A stretch of 51,431 bases of DNA, the filler included, from Sphacelaria rigidula (Eukaryota), in NCBI GenBank assembly GCA_964200075.2. It is 4 parts of 4 records of this genome, joined end to end, with 100 filler letters (N's around TTAATTAATTAA, not from the genome) between each part and the next. Parts side by side here need not be neighbours in the genome. Positions count along the whole stretch, not along the records: positions 1 to 12,784 come from CAXNAA020003420.1; positions 12,885 to 25,667 come from CAXNAA020003421.1; 2 more parts are not named here. The stretch is one strand, 5' to 3'. Positions 10,945 through 23,789 of the stretch are shown here, in pieces. The notes below the pieces were generated by a model. The model was given only the letters and a program-made list of their open reading frames with translations. It was not told the origin of the DNA and did no database searches. A program made the position numbers and the translations under genes. Numbering within the stretch: position 1 is the first letter of the stretch; each line of letters begins with the position of its first letter.

Positions 10945-12784
10945 TTAATTAGGCTGAAAATGATGGATCACGTGCTGTGCTCTGGCTTCTGCTGCGGAGG
11001 ACTGGTCACACGTCCGTGTCTCTCGCGTATACTTGATGCGTAGACGGTGGTACCCGGCACCGACTCTGTCACTCTAGATATGTTGAAGCGTGTGGTTCTT
11101 CCGTGCCTAGGGGCAGAGTGGATTATTATCTGAGCTTTATACTCAATACATATTACGATTGTACGCTGTTCCTTCCTCGCGTCACCTCATGTTTAGTCCG
11201 TCTCTTATCATCGTCGCCCTTGATTTCCCATTCACAAGCGGAAATTATTGAGGCCTCTTGAGGGGACAATTTCGCGCAGTTTGAAAAACACGTACCGCGG
11301 TTTTCTGAGACTAATATGCAGAAATCCTCAACTCCATGACCGCCCGAGGCCTTTTGAACTGATAGTCCCGCTTGACAGTCCCGTGGATGTTCGGGCGATG
11401 GTATTTTCGTACGTTAATAACCCTTTAACGGTCGCTGAGCGCTAAATCAGACAGCAAAACAAACTTCGTTGCTTAGGGTGTGGGAGAAGTGCAGCAATCA
11501 ACGTCCATGATTAAGCGGGCTGATTCGAGCTTTTTGGGCGTCCGTATCACTCAGTACATACAACACTCGTAGCTGCATCCGCCGAAGGCTCCATCAGTAT
11601 ATGGACACGTGGCAACGACCCGGCGGGTCCAGATCCTCCTGTTTCTGTGTAGGCGTTGCCTGTCATTTACGAGAACAAATATTGCGAACCTCCCGAAAAC
11701 AGCCAGGCCAACAAACGGTCACCTCCAAGACTTACCGCTTTGAGGGTTACTAGCAGACGATGCCCCTACAATGCTTTAGTGCCTGCATCAACACATTATC
11801 ACGTGGTGGGTACGGTGCTCTCACTCGCTCGCAAACATTGAAATCGATGGCGGCTCTCTCTTTCCAGAGCAACCACGTACTTCTTACTCCCAGATAGATA
11901 CTCTGCCGCATAACAACTTCTTTTTCCGCGTCTAGGAAGGAACTTCGGCAGCCTGGATATCGACGCGCCATCAACCTCACTGATGGCTGGGTCTGCTCTA
12001 AATACATGAAGCTTTCCCGACGATCGTCCTGGTCGCATAAAGTTTTGCACGCGCTCACCATCGAAAGCATGCGGCGATCTCTCGGTGCAGAAACTGAATG
12101 GTAAATCACTTGCAACTACTGAATATCTTGCTTTTATACGATGGGGGTCCCACCACAGTGCGGTGGAGACCACTTGTCACAAGTCCGATCAGCCTCTTAC
12201 TGATTCCGCTGGTTAGGTCTTTCATTGATTATACAACATAAAATAACGGTAATAGAATAACCGGTAAGAGCTCAAGTCCGATCCACTGTGGCAATATCAA
12301 GTAAATTTCACAGCACGACTACAACGCGGGGTCATCGTGCTGGCAACCCACGCACTATGCTGGGATTCCCACCGTAAATTTCTCAAGGAACAAACGGATC
12401 CGGTTTTCTATGATAAAGCACGTCTACATATCAAACGCCTCTCCTCTTCCCGTCGGATCTGCGTCCTCCAGTTGACTATCGTCCTCGATTTCAACGTCTA
12501 TGCACTCCGGGATGCGCGTCAAGACGAAATTCGCCACGCGAGCGAGGACCTGAAATACGAGAGAATCTCGACATCATGGCACGAGATGAAGAAGAGTGGG
12601 AACGGGACAAAGCGACGAGGGGGCATATGAAGTACAGGGAACCCTGTATATTCCTCAAGAGAGGTGACAGCAGCAATTGAAGTGGATGTTCGAACTTCCC
12701 GAGAGGGTCTACTTTCCACGGTTAGGACAAATAATGATTCGTCAGGAAATTACTTGGTTTTAGTATAATAAGTTGACTCGTGAT

Positions 12785-12884
12785 NNNNNNNNNNNNNNNN
12801 NNNNNNNNNNNNNNNNNNNNNNNNNNNNTTAATTAATTAANNNNNNNNNNNNNNNNNNNNNNNNNNNNNNNNNNNNNNNNNNNN
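12785..12884. other. Artificial contig spacer
   Basis: N44-TTAATTAATTAA-N44, 100 nt, with stop codons in all six frames. Confidence 0.98.
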
Positions 12885-13821
12885 CAATAAAAGACGCAGA
12901 TATTGTGAAGAAGGGGGCTTATAACAAAGCAAAGCCTTGGACCGCCGCAGGTCTCCATTTGCTGACGGCATCAAAAAATAAATTTGTGAAATCGACATCG
13001 TTTTCAAGATACCAAGGCCTGCGTTTGAGCGCTCGGCCGGAGCGATCTCAGTCAAGGCATATTTACTAGCGGTGATATTCAAGTACGTTTACACTACCCT
13101 AGGGTGTACGGGGCACCTTCGCGCCAGGCGCGGCACGCGGTGAGCTCCAACAAAACAAACTGCTGCAGAAAGGAGGCAAGTTGGGTAGTGGTGGAGAAGT
13201 AGAGAGGTAGGTGTCGCCAACAGCGAGAGAGGTGCGGACGGCCGGGAAGGAGACTCGAGATGGGCTGACGACAAAAAGAAAAATTATTTTCAAGTCCGTA
13301 GAGAGGAAACGGAAGAAAAACCTGTAGTGATCACAGAGAGACGGAAGAATTAAATATCGAAACGGTAGTCAAAGGGCCGGGAGCGTCACTGGGCGCGAAA
13401 GGAGGTCAAACGGCTGAAAACGCCACTGGTTCCAGGGTAAATTCCGCGCAAACAGCTGGCGAAGTCACTCGTGAGGTGGTGCCGAAGTGGCAAGAGAAGA
13501 GAGTTTGATAATCCAAGAGAGGTAAAGTTGTCAGTGGTCGAAGTGGCCGAAAAAGTGAAATTCCGACAGAGGGGTAGAGTAGTAAGTGGTGGCGAAGTCG
13601 CGAAAAATTGTGAAATTCTGAATAAACAAATCGGCGAAAGCGCCAATTGTCAAGAAAAAGCATGAGACGCTGTTGATCACAGAGAAACGAAAGAATGAAA
13701 TACTGGCCGCTGGTGCGTCGGACTTCGGAGGAATGGTGCGCTCTCAGGCCCCATGATTGTTGCACCTGCATCCAGAGACCCGGAATGCGGACAAACAGAA
13801 TGCACAAGAATAGTGTATGTA

Positions 13822-14040
13822 CATGTGTCATTTCACTTTTTTCACCACTTTTGTTGAGTTTTCTTTGGCGGCAAGGCATCTCATCACGCGCTTTCTTTTG
13901 CAGTGCGCGGATAAGGCGCAGCGGTACATTACCGTCCACGTTTGAGTGTCATCTGATTCCTGTGGTGCGTGTTCTGGCCATCGAAAGTCGCCCGCACTGT
14001 TTTTTTTTGCGAGGTGTCGATCCCGAACCACAAAAGCCTT
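13822..14040 (+). repeat. Dispersed direct repeat, copy 1 (copy 2 at about 15185-15395)
   Basis: Shared blocks GAGTTTTCT.TGGCGGCAAGG, CAGCGGTACATT.CCGT, CGTGTTCTGGCCA.CGAAAGTCGC and ATCCCGAACCACAA. Confidence 0.75.
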
Positions 14041-15479
14041 CCCAAGTTCATATAAAACTTCAAGCAGCAGAATGATTGTTGGCGGGGTATTTTCCCCCCG
14101 TGTTTCTCTTCGTCAGGTTCTCGTTCATTTGGGTGCACGATTACACCGCTTATGCTGCCACGAGATGATGAGGGCAACGCAGTTGAAAACAATTGAAAAT
14201 TTCCTTCGCCTTAGTCAGCAGCAAACACCAGACCGTGCGGTGAGCCTTTGACGAGTTGAACAAGGCACACACGTGGGCAAACGTCCCCACTGTGGGCCAC
14301 CTGTATTGACCAGCAAAGGGCGGTGCCGAAATCCCTGTGATCATGCCACCCGTAGGAAGGACCTGTGAGGTACAGGGGCAGGGATATCCTTGTGACAGGG
14401 TTGACAGGTTTGTCCTAGTGACAGCGATGGCAGGGAGAATCATACGAGTACGCACCTCATGTATCTTTCGACGGCTTAGTACTGTATTTTCAGTACAAGT
14501 CAAGCGTTACTTTGCGTGTGGATTTCTCCGCTGTGTGGGAACAAAACAGCATGAAAGTTGGCACAGAGATAGACCATAACGAAGACAGCATATTCCCGGA
14601 TCGCGGCACGGTGCGCCAGACGAACGAAGTGAAAACGGATTCTGGGCAATGCCATCGATACGCCCCCCCAAACGGACTCCCCTCGGCGCAGACTGTGTGA
14701 GACGTCAGTGAATATATATATGGACACGTAGATGCGCTCACTTCCACGTCATGACCCGCTGGGTGACTCCTGCCCCGGCAAACAAGCATCGATCCGTATT
14801 GGGTACACTCTGGATGATGTCATTTTACGCGATACCTATCTCGGTATCGCCTGCAGAGGTACTCACTTCAGGAGGCACGGTCGTGCAAGCGACACCTTCT
14901 ACGATAGCTCCCCCCCAACACCAGCTGAAAGTGTCACGAAAAAAATGGTCATACAGCGCCTGATGTTCGGGTTCAGGTTGCATGAAGCGCCTCATATTGG
15001 CGACATTGGCTGGAACGAACCCAAGCGTGGGAGTTCCCAGCTTCTCGTTGTGCTCGGCGTCTCCCATTTCGATTTACGTGAAGATTTTGCCTCCCAAAAC
15101 TCTGCACTCTTTTGGGGGGGCAATCGTAAAAAGTGTCAACCGCTGTCAGTGCTTTTAAGCGCAACGTATATTATGTACGTGAATCATGTCATATTCTTCA
15201 CCGCTTTTGCCGAGTTTTCTCTGGCGGCAAGGGATTTTTTCCCACACGTCCTATTGCAGCGCACCGAGAAGGCTCAGCGGTACATTGCCGTTCAGATTTG
15301 GGCGCCGTCTGATATCTGTGGCGCGTGTTCTGGCCACCGAAAGTCGCTCAAACTTGCCCTTTTTCGCGGGGTGTCAATCCCGAACCACAACTCTTCAAGA
15401 TCGTGGAAAGCTTAAAAAAATTATTTTCGACTTGCTTCACCCGCGGGAGGCCTGCACCAGCCTCCCGAAGGGCAACCTT

Positions 15480-15780
15480 GTATCATATATAATATAATCA
15501 TATATATATATTATACAACACATATATTGATGTATAACTATATGATATAGTATAACTGTCCCTTCATTAATTTTAATATAAATAATTATATAACATATAA
15601 ATATACTGTATATAATATGTAAAACATAGTATATGTTAAGGAGAAGAAGCGTATGTTTCATATAGACCTACATGACATATATAATATATAATATATTATA
15701 TGATATATAATATAGTACATAAAATTTAACATATGAAATGTAATACATGATGCATAATATACTATACAATATATGTAAAT
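15480..15780. repeat. AT-rich low-complexity (TA-type) tract
   Basis: Degenerate ATATA repeats. Confidence 0.85.
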
Positions 15781-16122
15781 GCCACCATAGATTGACAGGT
15801 AGAGTGACGTCAGATGGCCGTCCAGAACCGTTGTTCTGGCCGGGGTTACACAGATTGAGTCAAAACCATTCCTGGAATTCCTCGGAGGAATACCTCTGAA
15901 GGAACATTCCTCGGATGAAGGCGGGGCATCTGTGCTATGCAAATTCAGCCCAGCTGGCTCGCTAAAGAAGAGACCAACGCCTTGTAGAACCTATGAAGGG
16001 GCTTATCCCTTCCATATATATGATATAATACATGGTATGTAATTTATGAGGATATCTACTGTCTACGGCAGCTGACCGTATCCGCCAACGCTTCAGCAAA
16101 AAACCAGGGGACACACGGCCAA

Positions 16123-16168
<46 letters not shown>

Positions 16169-17124
16169 ACATTTTTCTACACCGTGCCCCCCCCTATTTT
16201 TTTTTTTTTTTTTCCCTTTCGGCACCCACCCNNNNNNNNNNCCTGACCGGAACCGCCAACGCTTCAGCAAAAAACCAGGGGACACCCGGCCAAGAGGCCC
16301 CCCCCCCCCCTTACCCCCCTCCCCTCAAAACTCGAATTTTCGACCTTGGGGCCTACGTGTCCTGAATTTTGTTTTCGATGCCCCCTGCTCCGACGCGAAT
16401 TCACTTCTCAGTGCCCGAGTCAACCGTAATTTGCACAGTTCCTTCAAAACAAATTCAGGCGCAAAATAATGAACCTTGCGAAGGCACTCCCACGTACGTA
16501 CGTTCTTCAGCACCGAACCCATCCCAGTCGACCAAAACAATGGCACCATCATCGCCATCCTCAACGTCGTGCATCAAAGCATTCATCCGACACTCACCTT
16601 GAGCATGCGAATGCTGAAATGTATCTTTTAGTTTCGCAGTGATGTGCAACGGCGAGTCAGCATAGAAACGCGAGAACGAGCGACATGGGCCGAGTGTACG
16701 GCGCCAGAAACAATGTTCTGTACCGAGTACACGTGAGGGTAATCCGTCCAGACCACTCGCCACGAACCTGCCCATGTGGACATCAACTTGGGCGTCACAC
16801 CTTGCCTTCGAACACGGGCATACAGTACGAAATCGCCAACTGCAAATTTGGGCAACACAGCTTGGCCCTGAGCAAGCTCGTGTTGGGTTTCGCTAGACAC
16901 CGCGACAGCAGCTTGCACTTTGTTACAAGACCGCACTTGCTCGTCAATCATGCCTCGAACCTTGTCACGCACGTGTCAGCATCTATGGCATCGACGTTCC
17001 ACTCGCCGCCAATGACAGAAACCAGCGCGGAAAACACTGTACACGGCGCACGCCCAAGCATCACATAATACGGAGTGTTACGGTAGCGTTCACGAAAAGA
17101 AGTAATCAATGCCCTCTGAGCGGC

Positions 17125-17466
17125 TCACACGCGCCCATTCGGCTACCCCCTAAAGCACTTTCTTCCGGTCAACGTTTCGAGCCTCCAGAGGAATCAAACG
17201 CCTGTAGAGGGTGCACAGCCCTCAAGAGGGGTGGGATGGGACGCCTCCAGAGGATTGTTTCGCCTCCGGAGGATGCGCAGCCCTTCAGGGCACCATTTGT
17301 TTTTGTTTCTGTCAAGGGATTCAGACCTCAGAAGTCACTGGAGCATCATATGCCCTCCAGAGGATTCGTTTTATGACCGGAACTGAGTATGAAATACCCT
17401 CTAGAGGGTATTTTTATCCCCTGGAGGGTCACTCTACCCTCGAGAGGATAGCCGAATGGCCGTGTA
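17125..17466. mobile_element. MITE inserted in the integrase of Gypsy B
   Basis: Inverted ends CCATTCGGCTACCC (17135) and GGATAGCCGAATGG (17459). The integrase reads ...RPVSE*LDVLPA on one side and resumes ...QRALITSFRERYRNTP on the other. Confidence 0.7.
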
Positions 17467-17819
17467 TGCTGGCAAAACGTCAAGTTATTCAGACACCGGT
17501 CGTCCTTGTTTCGACACGATGGATCGCAACGCACGAACAACTTCTTCCACCATGCGTTCACAAGCACCATTCGACCAAGGGGTATGCGCAACAGCAAATT
17601 GGTGTTGTATCTTGGGTGCGTCGCTCAGCTGCACGATTACTTGATTCTTGAAGTGCATGGCGGTATCACTAACCTACACACGCGGCACCCTCAAAGTCTT
17701 GCACCAATGCATCAAGTGCTTAGCCGCAACCTCGGCGGTGCAAGCCTCGGTCGGCTCCAACCAACAGTGGATTCTCGAAAATGGGGTTGAAAAAATAAAT
17801 AAGGTCTAACATAAAAGCC

Positions 17820-18055
17820 GTGCTTCCCCTGACGTAACTTCATATCAAATGACTTCCATATGGACCACCCCATCTCTCCCGACCTCGATTTCGCGGTGAA
17901 AAAAGGACGTCGTTTGACCTAAAAATCGCGCTTCCGCACATACCATTTGGGAGAACGGAAGGCTAGAAACCCCCAAAATAGTTTTAGGGAGGTCAGGAGG
18001 GATTGGGTGGTCCATATGAAAGTCATGTGTCATGAATTTAGGTCAGGGAAAGCAC
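17820..18055. mobile_element. MITE with ~65-bp imperfect TIRs inserted in Gypsy B
   Basis: GTGCTTCCCCTGAC...ATGACTTCCATATGGACCACCC pairs with GGGTGGTCCATATGAAAGTCAT...GTCAGGGAAAGCAC. Confidence 0.75.
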
Positions 18056-20069
18056 CACATTGTCGAGAATCCACTGTCAACCAATGAAATTGGACAAATC
18101 ATCTATGATAACCAAAACGTACAGAAAACCATCCTCATCAGGCAATCATTAGCACCTTCAGATCCGCTACTTCCGACGTACGGAAAATCAAAGCAAACAA
18201 CTTCACCTGGCGTAGTACCATGCACAGTATCGCCACACAGGCGAGGTACAACTGCACCAACACGAGTGTCTACACAATGCAAACGCTGGCGAACGAACTC
18301 GCGCACGTGGGAATCCATGTGAGGCCACACACAGCATTCCTTCAAACGAAACAGAGTCGGCGCCACACCACGGTGACCAGCCGACCGCCTGTGAGCGCAC
18401 ACCATCAAGCGAGTTTGTACAGCGTTATCATCCGACGGAATCCACCAAACATCACCACTGCCAACACGCACGCAAAACAAACCATCGTCAGCCAAGGTAG
18501 CTTGACCAAAAGCCTTCGGAAAAGAATGAACACCGTTGCCGACTGTTTCGCGCTGCGCGGGACGTATGACATCTAACGAGGGCAGCGCATCATTGGCATC
18601 ACACAGGCTGTACACGGCAACAGAACGAACAGGCACGCAAGGAACCTCCACCCAGCGGAACAACAAATCTCCCCAACAATTGCGCTCTCCAGGAATGTGA
18701 TTAATGGCATACCGATATTGCCCGAGCACTCCTTTTCCAATTTTCAAGCCGCGCCATGGCCTTCGTCACCGATGTGACACACTCTTCGGGGTTATAAATG
18801 TATTTAGATTGCATATGATTGGTGAAAATGCGAACACCCCCCCAACACAGGCACTCCAGCCTTCAAAATGTATTGACTATTGTGATATCCTCTTCGTCCA
18901 CTGTTGCCCACCGCAACTGTGAACCCTTCAAGCTGCCACTCAGAAAAGCTAACGGTGCGCGTGACATGAGTTCGAGCGCAATGCCACTACTAAACTCGGC
19001 GACAGGCACTCGCGTTAAAGAACTAACCCAGTGGAAATCCGAAGCACCTGCAAACATCAGGACAACGCACCCTGTACGAGGATGATACAGCGGCACCGCT
19101 TGCGCCATCAAATCTCGCGCAGCACGTCATGCCCGCACACGACGCTCCGTCCAAGCGTCGTCCGGGATAATACGATTATGCGCCACTCGCTTGGTCCGAC
19201 ACGAAGCCCCGACCGTAAGTTGTTCCAAAAATGCACGAAGCGGCGCAACTACTTCCGCCATGCGCGGAAGCGAAGTCCGCAACCAATTCATCGCCTGCAG
19301 AAACTGCATCAGCTCACCAGCGGTTTGAGGACGTCGCATATCGCTCAAACCTCGGATGCGGACGGAATCATGCGAAACAGTACCCTTGGAGTACACCTTA
19401 CCAAACCAAACCACTTCGCGGGCAAAAAGAGTACACTTATGCGCAGCGACGAACAGACTGACACTCTCAAGGCGGCCAAGAATTTCATCAAGCAAAGCTC
19501 ACAATGTTTCTTCGGTTTCAGCAAAAAAGGACAGGCCATCCACCCACACTTTCCAGTTTAGACCTCGCAAAATCTCAGTCAGCACACCTTGGAAATACGC
19601 CGTGGCGTTCAACACGCCCTGCGGAACACGAGTAGGTGTAAACAAATCGTCAGGCGTGACGATCGTGAAGATCTCCTGAGCCTCCGGCGCAGCCTCCGGC
19701 GCCAGAGGCATCTGCCAATACCCCTGTAGCAGGTCCAACTTGCCGAAGCATTGGGCTCCCAGTAACTCCCGCACATCTTCTTGGCTTCGCATCACCCCCG
19801 GAGACTACTGCATCTGCGCATTCACCGCCTGGTAGTCGCTGACCAGACGGAACGTGTCTCGCTTGGGCACCGCCATCGCCGGACTAGCCCACAAAGCCTC
19901 GATGTTCCTGTACAACAAACCAAACGTCACCAAAGCTGCGACGCATGAAGGAGGCTACCCGGTCTTCACCGGATCGTAACGACGAGGCTTGGACTTCACA
20001 GCCTTCGCCTGTGGCTTGGGCTGCACCCTCATTGGCTCCACGAGCGCTGGCGGATCACCACGCAGCGCA

Positions 20070-23000
20070 CGACAAAATATATCCAGGCGACGAGCCCAAA
20101 TATCACGCAGACACGCGGATGTTTCCGCCTGGTTCGCACGTGAAGACGCCCGCCTTTTTGGGCAGTCGCCGCGTCAGCTTGTCGGTTGATGCTTTTCAGG
20201 AGGCTGGGGGACAGGTGACCGAGGAGTGGGATGAGGCAGTGGAACGCTTGGTGGAGTGCGGCCCGGAGATGTTCATGGATCCGGCGGAAGAGGAGTCCGC
20301 TCGGAAGTCCGCGCTGGAGGAAAGCGTGACGGATGCTGTGGCGAAAGGCCTCAGCGTCTCGAAAGCGGAGCGCCTGCGCGCCATCTTGCATCGCCGCGTC
20401 AACGCGTTTCGTCGTGCGCTGCGGGGTGATACCCCTGCGCGCCTCGAGCCCATGCGTGTTCAGCTAGAACCAGGGGCGTCCGCGGTGAAGAAAAAGCCGC
20501 GGCGGTACGATCCGGTGAAGTCGAGTTGGTTGGTGTCGTGCATGGCGGCTATTTTGGCGCTTGGGTTGGTGTTCACAAACTTGCAGGCGGTGTGGTCCAG
20601 TCCGGCTATGGCGGTTCCGAAGAGAGAATCGCTTCGCCTGGTAAGCGACTACAAGGCTGTGAATGAGCAGGTTGATAAGTCGCCGGGTGCGATGCCTGAC
20701 CCAGAGACGGACATGCGTGATCTGTTGAGTGCTCGCTTAATTGGCAAGTTGGACCTCCTCCAAGATTACTGGCAGATGCCGTTGGCGCAGGAGGCGCAGG
20801 AGATTTTCACAATCACAACGCCGTTCAGCTTGTTTACCCCGAATCGATTGCCGCAAGGCGTGCTGAATGCCACGGCATATTTTCAAGGCATCATGACAGG
20901 ACTCTTCGTCGGCTTCAAATGCAAGATATGGGTGGATGATGCGTTTTATTTCGCGGACACGGAAGACGAACTTTTAGACACACTTGATGCTATATTGGCT
21001 CGTTTAAAGAGTGTTGGTTTGTTTGCGGCTGCGCACAAGTGTACATTCTTCGCTAGTGAACTCGTGTTGTGTGGGAAAGTGTACTCACACGGACGCACAT
21101 CTCATGATCCTGTCAGATTGCAAGGCTTGTCTGGCATGCGGCGCCCGGAGACGGCCGCAGAACTCATGCAATTCGTGCAGGTCGTGAATTGGCTGCGTAC
21201 CTCGTTGCCGCATATGGCAAAAATCGTAGCAGCCCTTTCGTTTTTTTCTCCAAGAACTCATGGCGGATGCTGCGAGGCGGACGAAGCGTATGGCAAAAAA
21301 CCGCGCTATTCCGCCTGCATCGTGGACGGAGGTTAGGTTGCAGGCATGGGCGGTAGCGAAGGATCTAGTGGCTCATGCCGTGACGCTGTTCCATCCTCGT
21401 CCTGATTACCAAGTGTTGGTGTTTCCGGATGCATATGAGTGCCATTGGGGTAGTTTTGTCACGCAGGTGCCCGAAGTTGAAGTCCGACGACGCTCGCCGG
21501 TCGAGGATATGACGCACGAACCGCTGGCTTTCCTCAGTGGTAGTTCCAAGGGTTCGCAGTTGCGTCGGGCCACGATTGATAAGAAAGGTTTTGCTATTGT
21601 GAGAACTTTTCGTCGTCTTGAGCATCTATTGTGGAATAGCGTGCACATGTTCACGGATCACCGAAATCTCGTGTATATTTTCAACCCGTAAGCGTGGGTT
21701 ACGTCTGTGTCGAAGGCGTTGTCGAAGGCGTTGGCACAACGTTTGGAGGTTGAAAAGCTGTCCTTGGCCAGTATTGTTACTCCATTTGCCGTATTTCGGG
21801 TGACCGTAACGCGTGGGGTGACTTGCTTTCTCGTTGGGTGAATATTCCGGCTTTGGCTGTGCGCGCTGTGGCTGTGTATGATCCATGTGAACGTCATGAC
21901 TCGATGTCGCCCAAATCTATCGTCCGCCAAGATTATCGGAAAAAACTTAGGGCCGAAGATGCGGATGAGTATTCTTTCGAGTCGGGCGTTGGTTTTGCTA
22001 TCTTTGACAATCAAGGTCTATTTCGTGTGCATGTGCGTGGCCGAAACGTTTTGTAAATTCCGAGCTCTGACAAGCAGTTGCAGGTACGTCTGATGATTTG
22101 CGCGCACATGCGCGACGCCGGGCATTGTGGTGTGGCTGCGACGCTCGTGCGCTTGCAAGAGTTTTGTGTCTGGCAGGGGATAGAAACTCATGTGCGCGAA
22201 TTTGTTCGCCAGTGTCTTCACTGTGCTGACTCGAAGGCGGGCGATGTTGTTCCCCACCCGCTCGGTGAAACGGTCCACGGGACTATGCCGAATGATGTCG
22301 TTCAATTTGACCTATTGCACGTGGGCGAGAGTGGCTCGCTAGCTTCCCAAGGTTGCCGGGTTTTCGATAAATCTTGGTTATCATGGATTATTTGAGCGAG
22401 TTCGTATCTCTGGAACCAGTTGCAGCCTTCACTGCTGACCAATTACTGCATCTTTGCTGAATTGGTGCAAAACGTTGGGGGTGCCGCGTGTGTGGGTGAG
22501 ACCGCCACGTATTTAAAGAATGCGCTCTTGGCCCGACTGCGTGAGGCTTTGCACGTTGATCACCAGTTTGCGGTGGTGTATTCTCCGTGGTCTAACGGCA
22601 CGTGCGAATGCATGGTCAAGGACGTAGTTCGTGCTCTTCGCTCTATTCTTCTTGAGCAGCGTAGAGCGGTTTCCAAGCGGGTAGACGTGTTTCCTACGGT
22701 GCAATGGGCGCTCAATACAGGGTATCGTCGTCGTTACCATTGTACGCCGTACCACGTGATGTCTGGTCGTGCTCCTCGGATGTCTTTCTCGGTGTTGGCG
22801 TCTTCGTCGGCGGGGGAGTGGAGTTATGATGTTTTGGGTAATGATCAAATTAAGCGTACGTTGCAAGGGGTCTTGGACTTGCAAGAACGTTTCCACATTC
22901 AAGTGCAGGAGCGTGTTGCCGCCGAACGTGTGCGTAGACGTGAGGGGTCCTCGTCGGGGCTGGAACTGCCGACTTTTGACGTGGGCGACTATGCCTTGTA

Positions 23001-23446
23001 TGCAAGCGTGCGTCGTCCGGGCGTTACGCCCAAGTTGATGGCGACGTGGGCTGGTCCGTGGAAAGGGGTGAGTACTCACCACCAGCACGTATTTGAGACC
23101 CAAAACATTGTTTCAGGTCGTGTTCAGACCGCCCATGTAGCTCGTTTGCGTTTTAATGCAGACTCGCAGCTTAATGTTGCGGCTGGCGATAAGGACGTGT
23201 TCCGGCACGCTTTCAATCAGAGGCAATTTTCTGATGGCTGGTATTGTCCGTGTGGCAGAAGCAGACGATTGCCCGTTGATCGTGTTGGTCGACCGGGTTG
23301 GTTTCGAAGTTGAGGAGCGTACGTGTGAGCCTTTCAAGGATACTTTCGAGGTCGCTCCGGAATTTCTTACGAGGGAGTTGCGTAAATTGCGCGTGACTCG
23401 TGCCGTTGCTGCTCGCATTACACGTGAGTTTGGTACTCAGCTGTGA
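20070..23446 (+). mobile_element. Decayed Ty3/Gypsy (chromodomain-type) retrotransposon pol, element A
   Basis: WSSPAMAVPK...RLVSDYKAVN, KLDLLQDYWQM, LPQGVLNATAYFQ, KIWVDD (RT); PDAYECHWG, EPLAFLSG, FTDHRNL (RNase H); HMRDAGHCG...CLHC (zinc finger); YSPWSNGTCECMV (integrase); C-terminal chromo-like VLVDRVGFEVEERTCEP. Split by frameshifts and stops, with no gag or 5' LTR. Confidence 0.95.
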
Positions 23447-23520
23447 CTTGCTCATCGTTTCGGCGTTTTCTATGTGTCAAGCTTGTTGATCGATTTTCGT
23501 CCAACGCGCTTTGGGAGTGC

Positions 23521-23789
23521 TGTGACGAAATTACGCCGTTACGTTGAGTTTGTAGTGATGATCTAGATAATGACCGGGGGCACGCGGATTCTGGAACATT
23601 CTGGGAGGATGCTGGATAACGGCCGGGGGCACGGGGGGATGATACCCTGCGGGTCTAGCAGGCTGTGCCTACAAGGGTACTCCCGATAATGGGATGTTGT
23701 AAAGGCTGACAATTGAAACTGAGGCCAGTGAGACTGGGGAGTCCCTCAGCAGCAGTGATCCACCAGTTCTTCTTCTGCCTGGCGTCACA
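23521..23789 (+). repeat. 3' LTR of Gypsy element A
   Basis: TGTGACG...CGTCACA 7-bp inverted termini, starting 75 bp after the pol stop. Confidence 0.8.

Larger units (their letters stand above)
16380..20069 (-). mobile_element. Decayed Ty3/Gypsy (chromodomain-type) retrotransposon pol, element B: RT-RNaseH-integrase-chromodomain
   Basis: Minus-strand pieces include WASPAMAVPKRDTFRLVSDYQAVN, KLDLLQGYWQM, PTRVPQGVLNATAYFQ, WVDG (degenerate RT motif), ASDFHW/LAFLSG (RNase H), HRRSAGHRGV...RQRLHC (zinc finger), PWSNGACERMV (integrase core, 17488-17768) and VLVDWDGFGAEERT (chromo-like). It has many stops and frameshifts. Confidence 0.92.

Noticed and set aside
14150-15415. Protein-coding gene (227-aa plus-strand ORF and several minus-strand ORFs)
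   Set aside because: No recognisable domain or splice structure, and the region overlaps a dispersed repeat.
15803-16125. 3' LTR of Gypsy element B
   Set aside because: The position is plausible, but there are no clean TG...CA termini and the region abuts a low-quality gap.
19945-20069. N-terminus of the 463-aa RT ORF
   Set aside because: This part is the antisense strand of Gypsy element B and is open by chance.
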